Source of the DNA: Prorocentrum cordatum | Taxonomy: Eukaryota | Assembly: GCA_963575745.1 (NCBI GenBank) | Contig: CAUYUJ010000001.1 | Span: 2,666,001-2,730,000, forward strand | Reading direction: 5' to 3' | DNA length: 64,000 nucleotides | Part shown: piece after piece, positions 39,250 through 51,580 of the stretch | Numbering within the stretch: position 1 is the stretch's first letter | Layout of the letters: each line of letters begins with the position of its first letter | The notes under the pieces: generated by a model | Seen by the model: only the letters and a program-made list of their open reading frames with translations | The model's database searches: none | Told to the model about the DNA's origin: nothing | Made by a program: the position numbers and the translations under genes

Positions 39250-39900
39250 CCCACGGGGTCTATGGTGTGCATCTGTATGAGATAAGTAGCAAACTCTCAT
39301 CCCGCGGCCATCCCGGATTTAATGCACCCCACGTGCATTGCAAGGTTCTGGAAGGCCGCGAACCTTGGATTCGCATAAACGCCAGACATATTCCTGAGGA
39401 GGGAGGCAAGGATCCCGTTTTTGAGAGCCCTTGTAGCTAGCTTCGATCCGTTAACACGTTCGCAACAGCTGCTGATGTCGTAGAGGGCCATGCAATACAG
39501 CAGCTTATCGTGTCGCTTGTTTTAGGAATCGCTCTCGAGGCTTTACTGCGCGAAAGCGAGCTCTACACTCGACTGTCCTACTGGATGGGCAAGAATGGGT
39601 CCGCGGCGCTGCCTTTCCCACTCGCGAGCCGCTGATTGATGTGCTCGGGCCCGCGTTCTGCGCAGACCTACCGCCGTGCCGATCGATCGCGCAGCTGGCA
39701 TCAACGCTTTCGGATCCTGCTGTTTGTGCCCAAGGACGAGGACAAACGCGATGGCTCGGATGGGCGAAGGCAGCGTTCCGAGCTTCTTTATCATGAGCAA
39801 CAGGTTAGTGATCGGATCAGCCTGCTGCACTGTGATCGGCAGGAAGTGTCTCGAGTGGGCTCCATCCCGCGTCGAGGCTGTCTCGGGGGGGAGCTTTTGG
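39250..39900 (-). pseudogene. Degenerate LINE RT fragment (LINE-A-like)
   Basis: DGAHSRHF, GTLP, RSIG, AREWE, YDISSCCERV and GMAAG*EFAT parallel LINE-A DGFHCRHF, GELP, RPIG, ALQWE, WDLRKYYEHI and GLVAGCSFAT. Confidence 0.75.
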
Positions 39901-40086
39901 CGGAAGCTTGCAACATTTCTCCCGCCGAAAGGTCTGCCTGTCCAGCGGCCCTTGCCACAGGTAGTGGCAGGTTTCCAAGAGTCGAGGTTCCCTGTCCATC
40001 TGCGGGCGCAGCCGACGCCGGCCTGGCGCGACGTTTGGACCTGGGGTGCCCAAGATTTGGCAGTTTCGGGAAACTCGCTGCTGCGC

Positions 40087-40112
40087 TCCGCCGCGATGGC
40101 GCGGTCGAGGTC
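40087..40112 (-). CDS. Putative host micro-exon (DLDRAIAA[E])
   Basis: CAG|G acceptor and GC donor giving phase 2, compatible with the next candidate exon; donor position uncertain. Confidence 0.35.
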
Positions 40113-43100
40113 CTGGGCGCCCGAATCGACGGCCCGGTCGGCTGCGCCGCTGCGCCCCCGGATGGGGCTCCCGCCGCAGAATCTGCCGGAGGAAGTGCCC
40201 CTGACTGATGGGCTGCGACAAGCCCATCCTTCAACCTGGCGACGCTCTGGAGTCGTCTGGCGGGCCCTGCTGACGGGCGACCTGAGCAGCGCGGGGAATG
40301 AGTTCTCTTGCTGGTCGCGCAATTACTGTCGATGAGCCTGTTTCGAAGCCATTTGAAAGGGGGGGGCGCGGACTTCCAGCTGGCTCGAACTTTAGCGCCT
40401 CGACGTGTCGCACTTTGGCGCCCCGGCGTTTCGCTCGCCCCCATCTGATGACACGGGGTCGGGCCTTCGGCGTCGAGCTGCGCCGAGTCGGCTGGGGGGC
40501 GATGGCGAGGGGCACGGCCGAGGCGGATGGGGGGGGGGGGCAACGAGCGAGGCTGCTCGGTGAAGGACGCGGCGAGCCCAAGGCCGAAAAGCCATTGATT
40601 CTGCGCGCTGGTATCCAGCCACCCACCCACTACAACTACTGCCTGGAGGCCAACTCCCCCCAGTCGGGCAGCGTCGCAAAGCGCTGGGATTTAAGGACAG
40701 AGACCAGAACGACAATGCCGAATGCATCGCCAAGGTAGGCAAACCATGCCCGTGAACAAAAGCATACCGCCCACGCAGATGTATGTCGGGCTGTAGAAGA
40801 CACCGAGATTTGTCCTTGCACCTAAGAATTTGAACCCCGATACCCGGTCAAGGTCGTCAGCCCAGACGTGGCCGAAATATGCGTTGGCCATGTGCACCAA
40901 CGAGAAGCCGAAACGTAATGGATATCACTTATGAATATTGAGGGGGGGAGATGTGACCACGCGCGCACGGGGCCACCGTGCGGGCCGTGGAAGGGATCCA
41001 GGTGGAACAAATTACCAAATCATCGAAACGGTGAACTGAACAGATTGCGAGATAAGGTGGGACCGCGGGGGCGCAAACAACATGACGCCGAAACGAGGGC
41101 CCATGTCCGTGTCGGAAGCGGCCCAGCATTGCGATAACCTGTGTGCTTGAAGCGGCTATCTGGGGAAAACGAACAGCCTTGGAACACGCGTCATCACCGC
41201 GCGGAAGCCGAGGTGCGCCTCAATCTGGAAACATGTAACACGGAGGAACGCACTCAAGGCCCCGCGCGCGCGACGCCACAGAGCTTCCACTAGTGACTGA
41301 TGAATCGTTGGAGCCAAGAACAGGACACCGACCAAACTACGTTGCATGCGCATGCCCAAGGCGGAACAACGATTGCAATACCATCCGTGCCATCCACCAT
41401 GCCAATCACATCGCGGCTTCGGACAACGTAGAGCAACCTCCGCGTGGCTTTCCTGAGGAGGTACCTGCCGCCACGACGCGAATAGATATCCAAACTGTGT
41501 CGAGGACGCCGGACCAGCTATCATACCTGCCGGTGGGCCACCTACATAGGCGCACCGAGAATTGCACCACTGCGTGCCAACGACGAAAACAGACCACGCC
41601 AGGACTACCACGACATACCCGGCCAACCATGAATTTCCACAAAAGACCTCGTGAAGGTGAAAGATGGGCCCTACGCCCGTACAGACGCGCGTGGTACTTT
41701 TTTTTTTCCTTGGCGAAAAGCAATCGGCTTTGCTCGCCCACCTCAAAAGCTGCCCCCGAGATGCTGAGCGACGTCCACCCGCGCGACTGCCCGACGCCAG
41801 CGCGCGATTGCCCAACGCAGCCCATCGAACCGGCATCCACGAGCTACCCCGGAATCGAACGATGACTGGACAGCCGAAAAAGAAGGGATACAATCGGTTA
41901 TTAAAACGTTTGTTTACGGACCTGGAGTACAACCACACAACATGCTGGATTGGCCATCGTTGCAAGAGCCTGTGCCGTGGCGTCGGTCGGCTCCAGGCTG
42001 AACGACAAGAGCTGGCACCACATGTTGGAGGGCTAGTAAATATGGAAAGCTTGTGCATCATTAGAAACTCCACCTCGAGATCGCGTTCACATGCCGAGCC
42101 GCCCAGGCCAGTCTCCGCCCTACCTTGATACCTTACGCACCTACCTGACGCAAACCAAAGATGCGTCATGCACTGATTACAGATGCTCAATCGGCACTTG
42201 TGTCTGCTACGGTACAGTGGGTAAGACACCATCACCATCGGGGGCTGTACACCTGGGAATATGAGGGGGCAGCGGTGTCATGCCAAACAGTGGTTTATCT
42301 CCTGACGCTGCAGGATGGTTGTACGCTGTGGGCTCGACCTGCCTCTGAGTTTCCATGTGTACGAGGGGATATCAAGTTCTCAAGTACAGCCGAGGGTGCA
42401 AGCTTCTCGTACCTCCTACGCGTTACCATTGGCGGTCCGTCGACTCTGGTACTACTGGGCACTGTTGGGCGGCAGTGTGCTTATTACTTCAGCCCTCCCT
42501 GGTAGGCTCAAACATGAGATGCCCCTGCGAAACTGAAAGGCTTACCAACTTACCTGAAGGGGGCTACATCGACCACGGCGACCCCGAACATCTGGATCCA
42601 CAGTGCCCTCATCGACGAGGACGTGGGAAGATACAAAGAGGAAGCCCACTGAGGGCTGTAAAAAGGAGCCGCCGTGTGGCCAGGGCATATGCCAAACGAC
42701 ACTCCAGGTGCCTGGGACTTTCAGGCACAACTGCCCACTAGGGTACGTGACAGCGGAGCAGACTTCCACCAATCCCATACATACGAGATCCGCGGGTGCG
42801 TGCGCCGCTTCCTCAAGTCCCACCGCGAGCGCCACATCTGCATGAAGAAAACACTGCGGAAGGCGACCCGGTACGACACGACGGTCGTAAGGGGGCGGCT
42901 ACCGAGCTGGACGACAAATGCTATATCAACCTGGGATGCTACGTCTACGTGGGAACACATCCCTCACCTGGAGGAGATCGGCTTCCACGCTGTGGATCGA
43001 GGCGACCGCACAGCAAGTTATCGTACTGAGAGATCTACCTCAAGCGCGAGCTTGTCAAGGCCCTGTACGACTGGCCACGTCGACGGCCAGTACCATCCTC

Positions 43101-43442
43101 AGGCCGAGGTGTGAGACTACGACGAGATCGACATGGTCCTGCTCGAGCATACAGCCATGATTCAACCAAGACCCTACTGTCAAAACGGCTGCTAAAGGGC
43201 GTCTCGGGGAGCAAGCGCACAATCGGCCTACCGAGCTTGCAGACCGAGTGCAACCCCGTGCTGATAAAGGAAGCGCGCCAGCATTCGGAGCGTTCGACAT
43301 CCATGGATCTGACGCTACCGAAGAGACGCAAACAATTGCACCAATGCCAACTGCTACACCCGTGGGTACGCGACCGCACGTACGGCAGCCACGAGAGCCG
43401 CGTGCGAGGAATCCAATGACCCCACATACGATCAGCATTTTG

Positions 43443-44902
43443 GAGAGAGAGCGATCCACCGCCGCTTTACTGCGGATTTTTTCTCCCCCTCTTCCTCTGG
43501 AACCCGCCCCCCCTGCTGGACCGCCCCCCCCCTCCCCTCGCAAAACCGCCCCGCCCCTAACCCCCCCGCTCCCCCTCCGGAAAACTGAGGGGGGGTACTA
43601 TCGGTTCGACCCCCCCCCCTCCAGAAAACCGGGGGTGATAACTACCGGTTCGAACCCCCCCAACCCTCTCCAGATAACCGGGAGGGGTCACTACCGGTTC
43701 GAACCCCCCCCCCACTCACCGCCGGCAAACGACTCCCGGGTCCCCACCACCGTCCGCACCACATCCCCCACTGCTGTCCCAGCACCACTGTCCCCGCCAC
43801 CTCTGTCGCCACTGTTCCCACCACCGTCCCCACTGCCCCCACCATTGCCCCCACCACTGTCGCACTGTGCTCATTGTCCCCACCACTTTTCCCACCACTG
43901 TCCCACACTCCCCACTATCCCAACTGTCCCCACTGTCCCACTGTCCCCACTGTCCCCACGGCTGTCCCTCTGAGCTGTCCCACTGTCCCCACCACTGCCC
44001 CCACTGTCCCCACCAATGTCACCACTGTACCTCTGTCCCATCGTTCCACCACCATCCTCGCAACCGCCCTCACCACTGTCCCCACCACCACTGTCAACAC
44101 CACTGTCCCACTGTCCCCACCACATCCCCCCTGTCCCCACACCACTGTCCCCACCACCACCGTCCCCACCACTGTCCCACAGTCCCCACCACTGTCCCAC
44201 TGTCCCCACTGTTCACACCATTGTTCCCGCTGTTCCCACCAGTGCCCCCCCCCATCAGTGTCTCACTGTCCCCACTCTCCCCACCATTGTCCCACCACGG
44301 TCCCACTCTCCCCACTTCCCCCACGGTCCACACCACTGTCCCACTGTCCCCACTGTTCCCACCACTGTCAAACTGTCCTCACTGTCCCCGCCGCAGTGCC
44401 ACTGTGCTGTTCCACTATCCCCACTGTCCCCACCACTGTCCCACTGTCCCCACCACTCTCCCCACTGTACTACTGTCCCACCACAGTCCTCACCACCGCT
44501 TTCACCACTGTCCCCACCACTACGATTCCCACCACTGTCCCACTGTCCCCGCCGCTGTCCCGCTGTCCCCTCGCCACTGTCCTCTCACCACCACCGTCCC
44601 CACCACTGTCCGCACCACTGTCCCACTGTCCCCACACAACTGTCCCCACCACCACCTTCCCCATCACTGTCCCAGTATCCCCGCTAATGTCCAACTGTCC
44701 CGAGGAGCGGGAATTGTTTACCGGCGGCGAAGGGAGGGGGGGGGTCGAACCTGACCCCCCCCCGGTTCTCGAGGGGGGTGGGATTCGAACCGGTAGTGAC
44801 CCTCCCCGGTTTTCGAGGGGGGGGGGGGGGACGGGCTGGGAAACCCCACTGACCCCCCGGTGTTCCGCCAGCAGCCCAGCAGCGGTAGAACACGCTCTTT
44901 CG
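43443..44902. mobile_element. Foldback/TIR element with long imperfect arms around a ~1 kb (CCCCACTGT)n-like minisatellite
   Basis: GGGTCACTACCGGTTCGAA and CGCCGG(C/T)AAAC in 43590-43740 recur inverted in 44710-44815; outer ends GAGAGCG..ACCGC / GCGGT..CGCTCT. Confidence 0.7.
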
Positions 44903-45526
44903 CATCTCGGCAACCCACGTAGGTGCCACGATTTCAGCGCGGCAATTTCTACGTAGCGGCCGGCTGACACGCACTGGAAGTGCAGGTGTTCTTCTGCACC
45001 CAGCCCAGACAGAAGAGACCGCCAAGGGGTGCCGCGCCTCCAACACTGGTCACCAAAACCACGGCGACCTACTATCATCGTCCTACCAGAAGAAATACTG
45101 AACACGGGACGGAGGGGCTTTTTCAGCCTCAGCCACGAAGAAGTTCAACGCTCTAGATCCAAGGAACGGCCCGAAAACCAGAGGCCTCCTGGGCCCAAGG
45201 CTCTGCTTCTTTCAGCGCCTTGACTCTAATCCACCCTCGTTTTCTGCCTCCCCCCAAAGTTCGCTGCAAATCGGTTTCCTTCCTACCCCGTTCCTGCTCG
45301 GGGAAGACGGGCTACCGCGAGCGGACGCGGCGCAGCGACTTGGGAGCGCGGGACAGTCGCAGTCGGTGTAGGTGTTGCGTCGGCACCACGGTGGGTAGGA
45401 AAGAAGCCGAGGAGGAGCAGGAGAAGGTAGAGCCTGAGAAGGAGTCGAGCGTCGAACATGAAATGAGAGGCGGTGATGAGTATGCTGTGATGATGAGGAT
45501 AATGAGGAAGAGCAGGAGGAGGAGGA

Positions 45527-45557
<31 letters not shown>

Positions 45558-46949
45558 GGAGGAGGAGGAGCAGGAGGAGGAGGAGGAGGAGGAGGAGGAG
45601 GAGCCCAGCGTGCCGAGGGGTTCGTCAGCCGCGCTAGCCACGGGGCGACCGCGCCTTGTCGACACCGAGGCCGACGAGAGGCGAGGCGGGTCGTGCGGGG
45701 GCGGGCCTGGACGAAGCAGCTGCACAGGTCGGCGTCGTTGCCGACGGGGCGGCCAGCGGCCGAGACATAGTTTCAATCAGAGGCTGGTGAGAGGAGAGCG
45801 GTGGCGGCGGGAGCCGCGGCTGGCGGAGGGGGAGGAGGACAGGCGAGACGGCAGAGGGCAACAGCAAGGCAGTCTCGAGCGGAGGAGGGGACGGGGAAGA
45901 GATGGGGGCGGTCGAAAAGATATAGCGGCGAGTGCGCCCAGCAGCTGGGGTGCACGAGATTCGGGTGGGTGGGTCAATCCTGAGACCGTGGGGAAAATTC
46001 AGAGAGGCGTGGTCACTCGATGGGTCGGGCGACGGGGTGACGGCGGGAAACAGGGAAGGCACAAACGCGGAGGGAGGGGGGGCAGGCGGGGGGCAAGCAG
46101 AGGCAGGGGCAGAGCTCAACGGAGCGAGGGACGAAGGGAGAGAGGAGATGGAAGCTCGCTCTAATATAGGCGCAGGATGCACGTGCAAGAGAGGCGAGAT
46201 GACAGGATGAAAAGAGAAAATGTTCTCGACTGGGGGCTCATGACGGGAAAGCGATCCCGCCGCGGTACTGGGAGAGGCAGGATATAGCCTCTGGGAGCAC
46301 GGAGACGCCGAGGGAGCACAGCAGGAGGCAATCCGCGAGGAGGAGGCCGCCACCCATGGAGCGGTCGGGGCAATCGACGACGTCAGAGTAGCCGGAATCG
46401 ATGAGCAGGGCGGGCGCGGGGAAGACAAGGCCATAGGCGCCGTTGACAGTCCGTGAAGCGAGCGGCCGACCGCAATCGACACCACAGAGCTGGATGGCAG
46501 CGCCTCGCAATTTACTCGAGCCTGGGGCGGCGGGCTCGAGGAGCACCCACGGCCAGGACTTTGCGATCTGACACCGACGGAGGGGAAAGGCCGCGCCTCG
46601 AAATTTACTCGAGGAGCCTGGGAAGGCGGGCTCGAGGAGCACCCGCCACCAGGACTTTGCGATCTGACGCCTTCAGCACCAAAGACGGGAAGAGACCGAG
46701 CCAGCTCGTCGCAATTTGCTCCAGATGCCTGCTCGGGCGGGTTCGAGGGGCACCCCCTGGCAGGACTTGGCGTTCTGACAGCATGCACCACCGCATCAGG
46801 ACGGAAGTCGAGCATGACGAGGTCGTCCGAGTCGTCCGCATCCTGCGAGGAGCAGGGAGATGATGATCCAGACGTCGCCGAAAGCGGGGGCATGGTCGCA
46901 CTGCAAGAAGAGGAGGAGGAATAACTCGGCGACGAAGATGAACTTGAGG

Positions 46950-49900
46950 AGGAGCTTGCAGGTCGGGGCACACGAGGATGCCAGTGGGGAGCAAGTGAAG
47001 CTCGTTCCTCCTCCGACGCACGAGATGGGTGCGCGAGACGCATCGCCCTCACTCCCGCCAGAGCGCAGGCGTGGATCTGCTGTGCAGAGAGCGGCCACTC
47101 ACGGATGGTGCGGGCCTCGTTGTACATGTTGTACGCGGCCGTGAGCAGCGAGAACGAGGAGAACGACGGAGACGCCAGACCCCAGCGAGAAAACCATTCG
47201 AGCGGGAAAGGACGTGCCAAGGCCCGTCTGAGAGCACGGTGCATGGGTGGGCATCTCGCATAGTGACGGAGGGGGTCGAATCGCTGCATGCATCCGAACG
47301 CACAAGGTCTCTGCGTGATGGATGCCACAGCCAAGTGCGCCCATCGGATGGCCCTGGGCGCCCCCCACCTCTCCAGCTGCACCCACGCGTCGAGACCGAA
47401 GGTGCCGAGAGGAAGACGAAATACTTGGGCCAGCACTGCCAGCTCGGGTTGAAGGACCGAGCGCGGGATCCAGGAGAACTGTGCAACGTACGAGAGAGTA
47501 GTAACAGCACGGGAATTGTATAACTGGGCGGACTGGCTGGCGTGAGTGGTGCCACGGCCAATAGCTTGAGCCCGCAAACGCAGCTTGGTGAGCGGGTCGG
47601 CCCACGAACGATCGGGAGCGGCCCCAGGACCCAACCAGATGCCCAGGTAGAGCAGACAGTCGACCACCTCAAAGGAGGACCACTCGGGGACCCAGTAGGA
47701 GATCTCCTGGAGGACGCGGGTGGCGAGCTCGGGGGAGAAGGGCCCGCAGAGAGGGACCGCCTTGCACTTGCCGGCCTTCAACGCGAGGTTGGCCATGCCA
47801 GAGGCCTTGGACATCACCCCGAAGACACGAACGAGGTCGGCAATCGCGGAGAGCGCGCCCCCAATGTCGTCCGCACAGGCCCGCACGAGGCCAGACAAGG
47901 GAAGCTCAACCACTTGGACCAGCTCAGAGAGGAAGGCAGCCGTACTGAACGCAAATGACGAACCCGAGAGAGCGCAGCCCTGAATGATGCCGCTGTCAAT
48001 CCAATAAACATGTTCCAGAGTCCCCTGCACCATAGCAACCCCGTCGATCGCAGCGCACAGGAAAGCGACGAAGCCGAGGAAACGATCAGGGAGCCCGAGA
48101 GTCCGAAGAGCGAGGGTCATGAAGCCTTGGTTCAGGGACGGGAAGGCCTGGCCGAAGTCCAGGGAGTACAAGAGCGGGATATCCAGGGAACCATGGGGAA
48201 TGACCGAGAGCATCCTGGCCGAGGCGTCGAGCTCGATGATATTCTCACCGAAGTTGCGGCGGGGGATGAACCCGCGCTGGCAAGAGGGGATGAGGTCCAG
48301 GGCAGGGCGAACAGCACGATTCATCGTCGCAGAGATGAGCTTGATGTCACAATTCCTAAGACCGAGGACACGAACTTTGTCTGGGGCCCGCTCGCAGCCC
48401 CCTGATTGCAACTCGTTGTCAGTGACATTTTTCGGCAGGAAGATCTGAATAGTGTCCGATGCAGAGGCGAACAGGAACTGGCCATCTCCGATCCACTCGA
48501 GAGCACCCAGAGAACCTCCACAGCAATAATTGGGTGAGCCTGCCACGCAGCATGTGGAAAAGCGTCGGGGCCAGGAGCGGAATGTTGAGCGCCACGAATA
48601 GCAGCACGGAGCATGGCACGGGAATGTGGGGGGAGATGAAGATCATCAGCACGGGGCAGGAGACGATGGAGGTAGGGGCGAGCAGCGTCTTCATCCCAAG
48701 GCTTCTTCCTGAAAATGGGGCCCCAGTAGTCGGTGAGGGCCGTCAACCGCTGGGGCGGGTCGGAGACAGTCTCGCCGCTCGCAAGACGAACACGCGAGAG
48801 AGAGACCCGACGATTCAGAGGTGACCACAATCTCGCTCTGCGCTCCAAGGCTCTGATCTGAAGTCTGATTTGAGCACGGTCCCCCAGACGACGACGGCGG
48901 GCTTCCAATTCCTCCATGGCGGCGGCCGCCGCATCAGACTGGATCTCATCGACCCAGGCATGGAACGAAGGAGGGTGCATCAGCTCAACCTTGCCAGCCC
49001 GCGCAACGATCATGTCCACAGCCACGCGATGTGATTCCTGAAGGCGGCGTGCAAGTGGAACGTCTTGACGCCAGACAACTCGTGCCAGTGCTCGTGCAAG
49101 CTGGAGAAGGGTGCGGGGATGATGAGGGCGAGCACGGAAGAGACGATCCCGAACTTCGGCAGAGGCGATTTTCAGCAGCTTTTTGTAGTGCTCGAGCTTG
49201 ACGGGCGGGGACATCTGGGACCAGTCGGAGGCTTTGATGAGGCCCTCGAGGCGCTGCTTGAACGCTGGCTCGTGGAAGATGCGCTTGGGAATGGCTCGCT
49301 CGCCCAGAACCCAGGGAGCCCTGGAGGCGAGAGAGATCAGCACGGCGGCATGGTCCGAGACGCATCTGCCCGACACTAACGCAGCCGAATCGACAGTCGA
49401 CGCCTGAACCACAAGTTGACACATCTGCCATCCCGAAAGCGGGCAAAAGAATCGATCGATGGACGATTCAGCATTCTCAGCACGCTCATAGCGCGATGGG
49501 GCGTCACTTTCAATCTCAAGCAGCGGGGCAAGAGCATCCCGCCACTGCGGAGCGCGGGCGTGGTGCTGCCGCGCGCTCCGCCGCGCAGCCGCTGCGGGCA
49601 TATGCAGCAGGACGGACTCGTGCGGGGAAAAATTGAAGTCGCCATTGACCGCGACCATGCGCGAGTCTGGTGCCCGCTCAGACGCAGCCCGAGCAGCACG
49701 GATATCTCGTGCAACACGAGCGACTTCTGCCAAAGAAAGACCATGACTGTGCACGTTGTACACCTGAAGGCACACATCTCCCAAAGATATATCAACCCGA
49801 AGAACGCGCCCAGGAACGAGAGGGACAGGCGGATGGGCGACAGCACCAGGATGGAGGGGAGGAAGTACGACTGCGACGCCCCCACGGATGCTGCCGCCAG

Positions 49901-50170
49901 CGTCAGCGTCACAAAAGCCAGAACGCACAGTAAGATCACGTGCCACTGTGCCCAGGAAAGAGACAAGTTGGCGATGATCCTGGTGGACCTCCTGGAGGGA
50001 GAGGGCCGTCTCAGACAGGCGGAGCTTGATGAGGTACTGGCGCTTCAGATCTGCGTTCTCTCCTCCAGCTTGCAAGAGCGCCCTGGCGTTCCAGGAGACA
50101 AAGCGAAGCGGTCTCGCCGATGAGGAAGAAGACGGCGAGGAGGAGCGAAAGAGGGGGCACGCGCTAAAGA
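46950..50170 (-). pseudogene. LINE-B ORF2: APE endonuclease + reverse transcriptase + C-terminal zinc knuckle
   Basis: APE: VSWNAR, LQEVH, GDFN, SIDRFF, SDH. RT: SAPGPD, QRGF, LDFGQAFPSL, GIIQGCALS, CADD, YLG. Knuckle: CAFGC...H...C. Frameshift near 48500. Confidence 0.9.
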
Positions 50171-51555
50171 GACCACTGGCTGGTCTCGACTGGGTGGGAG
50201 ATCTCCTTGGTCGCCTCGCGGAGGCGGGCGACGTCCATGTGGTTGTGCTCGAGCTTCGGGATGTCCCAGTAGATGACGGGGGGGGCGCCCCCCGAGGCGA
50301 CCTCGATCTGCATGGCCTTGTCCCAGCCAACCAGCAGGGCGCCACGCTCACGGTCGGAGTAGAGCCGCTTACCAAGGTAAGCCTCTTCCACCAGTCTGCG
50401 CGCTCGACGGAGGACGATATCCTGCTTGATCTGCTTGGGGCTCTTGTCGGGGCCGAGGTGGATGCGGCAGTGCACATCTCCAGGCGGGGTAGTCCAAAAT
50501 TATTTCCATTCTTTGCCTTCGCGTAAGTTGGCAAGGACACGGTCGACCTTGCGGGAAGCGACCCCGACGGGGCCCTTGAACTTGATCTCGAATCGCTTGC
50601 ATGGGACCGTGCCTTTGGCAGCGATCTGGTAGTCGTTGTTGGCACTCTCAAAACCGATGGAGGACAGCCAGGGAGCCAGCACCTCACGAACACTTTCCAA
50701 TGACGAGGGGCGCTGGGAGATAGCCACCACCATGGTCGTGTCAATGTCGCGGTTGAAGCCAGCGGGTACTTGAGACTGGGGGCGAGGACGAGCCTCAGCG
50801 AGAGCGAGTTCTTTCCTGAGCTCGGCCATCTCCCGACGGATGTCCACGAGGTCCTGGTCGTGTTTGGCGATGCTGGAAGTGTGGGCGTCGATGACGCCCT
50901 TCTGCTGGTCGATCTGGGCCTGCAGCCTGCGCGACAGGGAGTCCAGCTGCGGTGTGGCGACCTTGCGCACATCGGCCTCGAGGGTCTCGGTGTGGGCTTG
51001 AACCAGGGCTCGGAGGTTCTCCACAGCAGCGAGCAGGGGCTTGTTGCTCTCGGCGGCGGTCTTGGCAATGGAGTCGCCAAAATCCTCTTTGATGGAGTCA
51101 AACTCGGCACGGCACAACTGGCGAATGAAGTCTTCGTAGCCCTCGGGCATCTCGTCGTCAAGGGCGGGAGGCAGCTCAGCATCAGCGTCGTCATGAGGAG
51201 CCTCGCCAGGGAGGGCACGACGTTTCTGCGGATTGGGGTCGGTGAAGCGAGACGGAGCAGCTCCTTTGCCTTGAACTTTTCCTTTGCCGGACTTGACCTC
51301 CTGGGACGGGAAGGTCGGTGCATCCTCCAGCTGCTCGAGCTGCGAGGTCGTGAGCTCATCACCGCGAGGGCTCGCCACCATCACAGCAAGTTGACTGGTC
51401 GAGGGAAGAGACGGTGCGGGGGCCCAACTCCCGCGGTAAAGGCACAGAAGAGCGATCAGAAGACTGATGAGCGGGCTGGAGAGTGGCCTCAAAGCGGAAC
51501 CTCCCTCGCGCTCAGGTGTCGCCCCGAAAGACCCGCGGTCGTCGGGACGGTTCAT
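50164..51555 (-). pseudogene. LINE-B ORF1 (coiled-coil protein) with one premature stop
   Basis: ORFs 50500..51555 and 50164..50475 are in the same frame, split by TAA at 50500-50502; coiled coil SRRLQAQIDQQK...DIRREMAELRKELALAE; ATG candidates at 51555 and 51381. Confidence 0.75.
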
Positions 51556-51558
51556 GTC

Positions 51559-51580
51559 CTTGAGCCAAAATGGCTACGGA
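51559..51580 (-). other. Exact DinoSL at LINE-B 5' end
   Basis: Plus strand reads CTTGAGCCAAAATGGCTACGGA, the reverse complement of TCCGTAGCCATTTTGGCTCAAG. Confidence 0.97.

Larger units (their letters stand above)
46200..51580 (-). mobile_element. Non-LTR retrotransposon 'LINE-B' (ORF1 + APE-RT ORF2, no RNase H seen), SL-capped, disrupted
   Basis: Begins with exact DinoSL on the minus strand next to (CCT)n; ORF1 followed by APE and RT motifs; 3' boundary not resolved (approximate). Confidence 0.88.
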
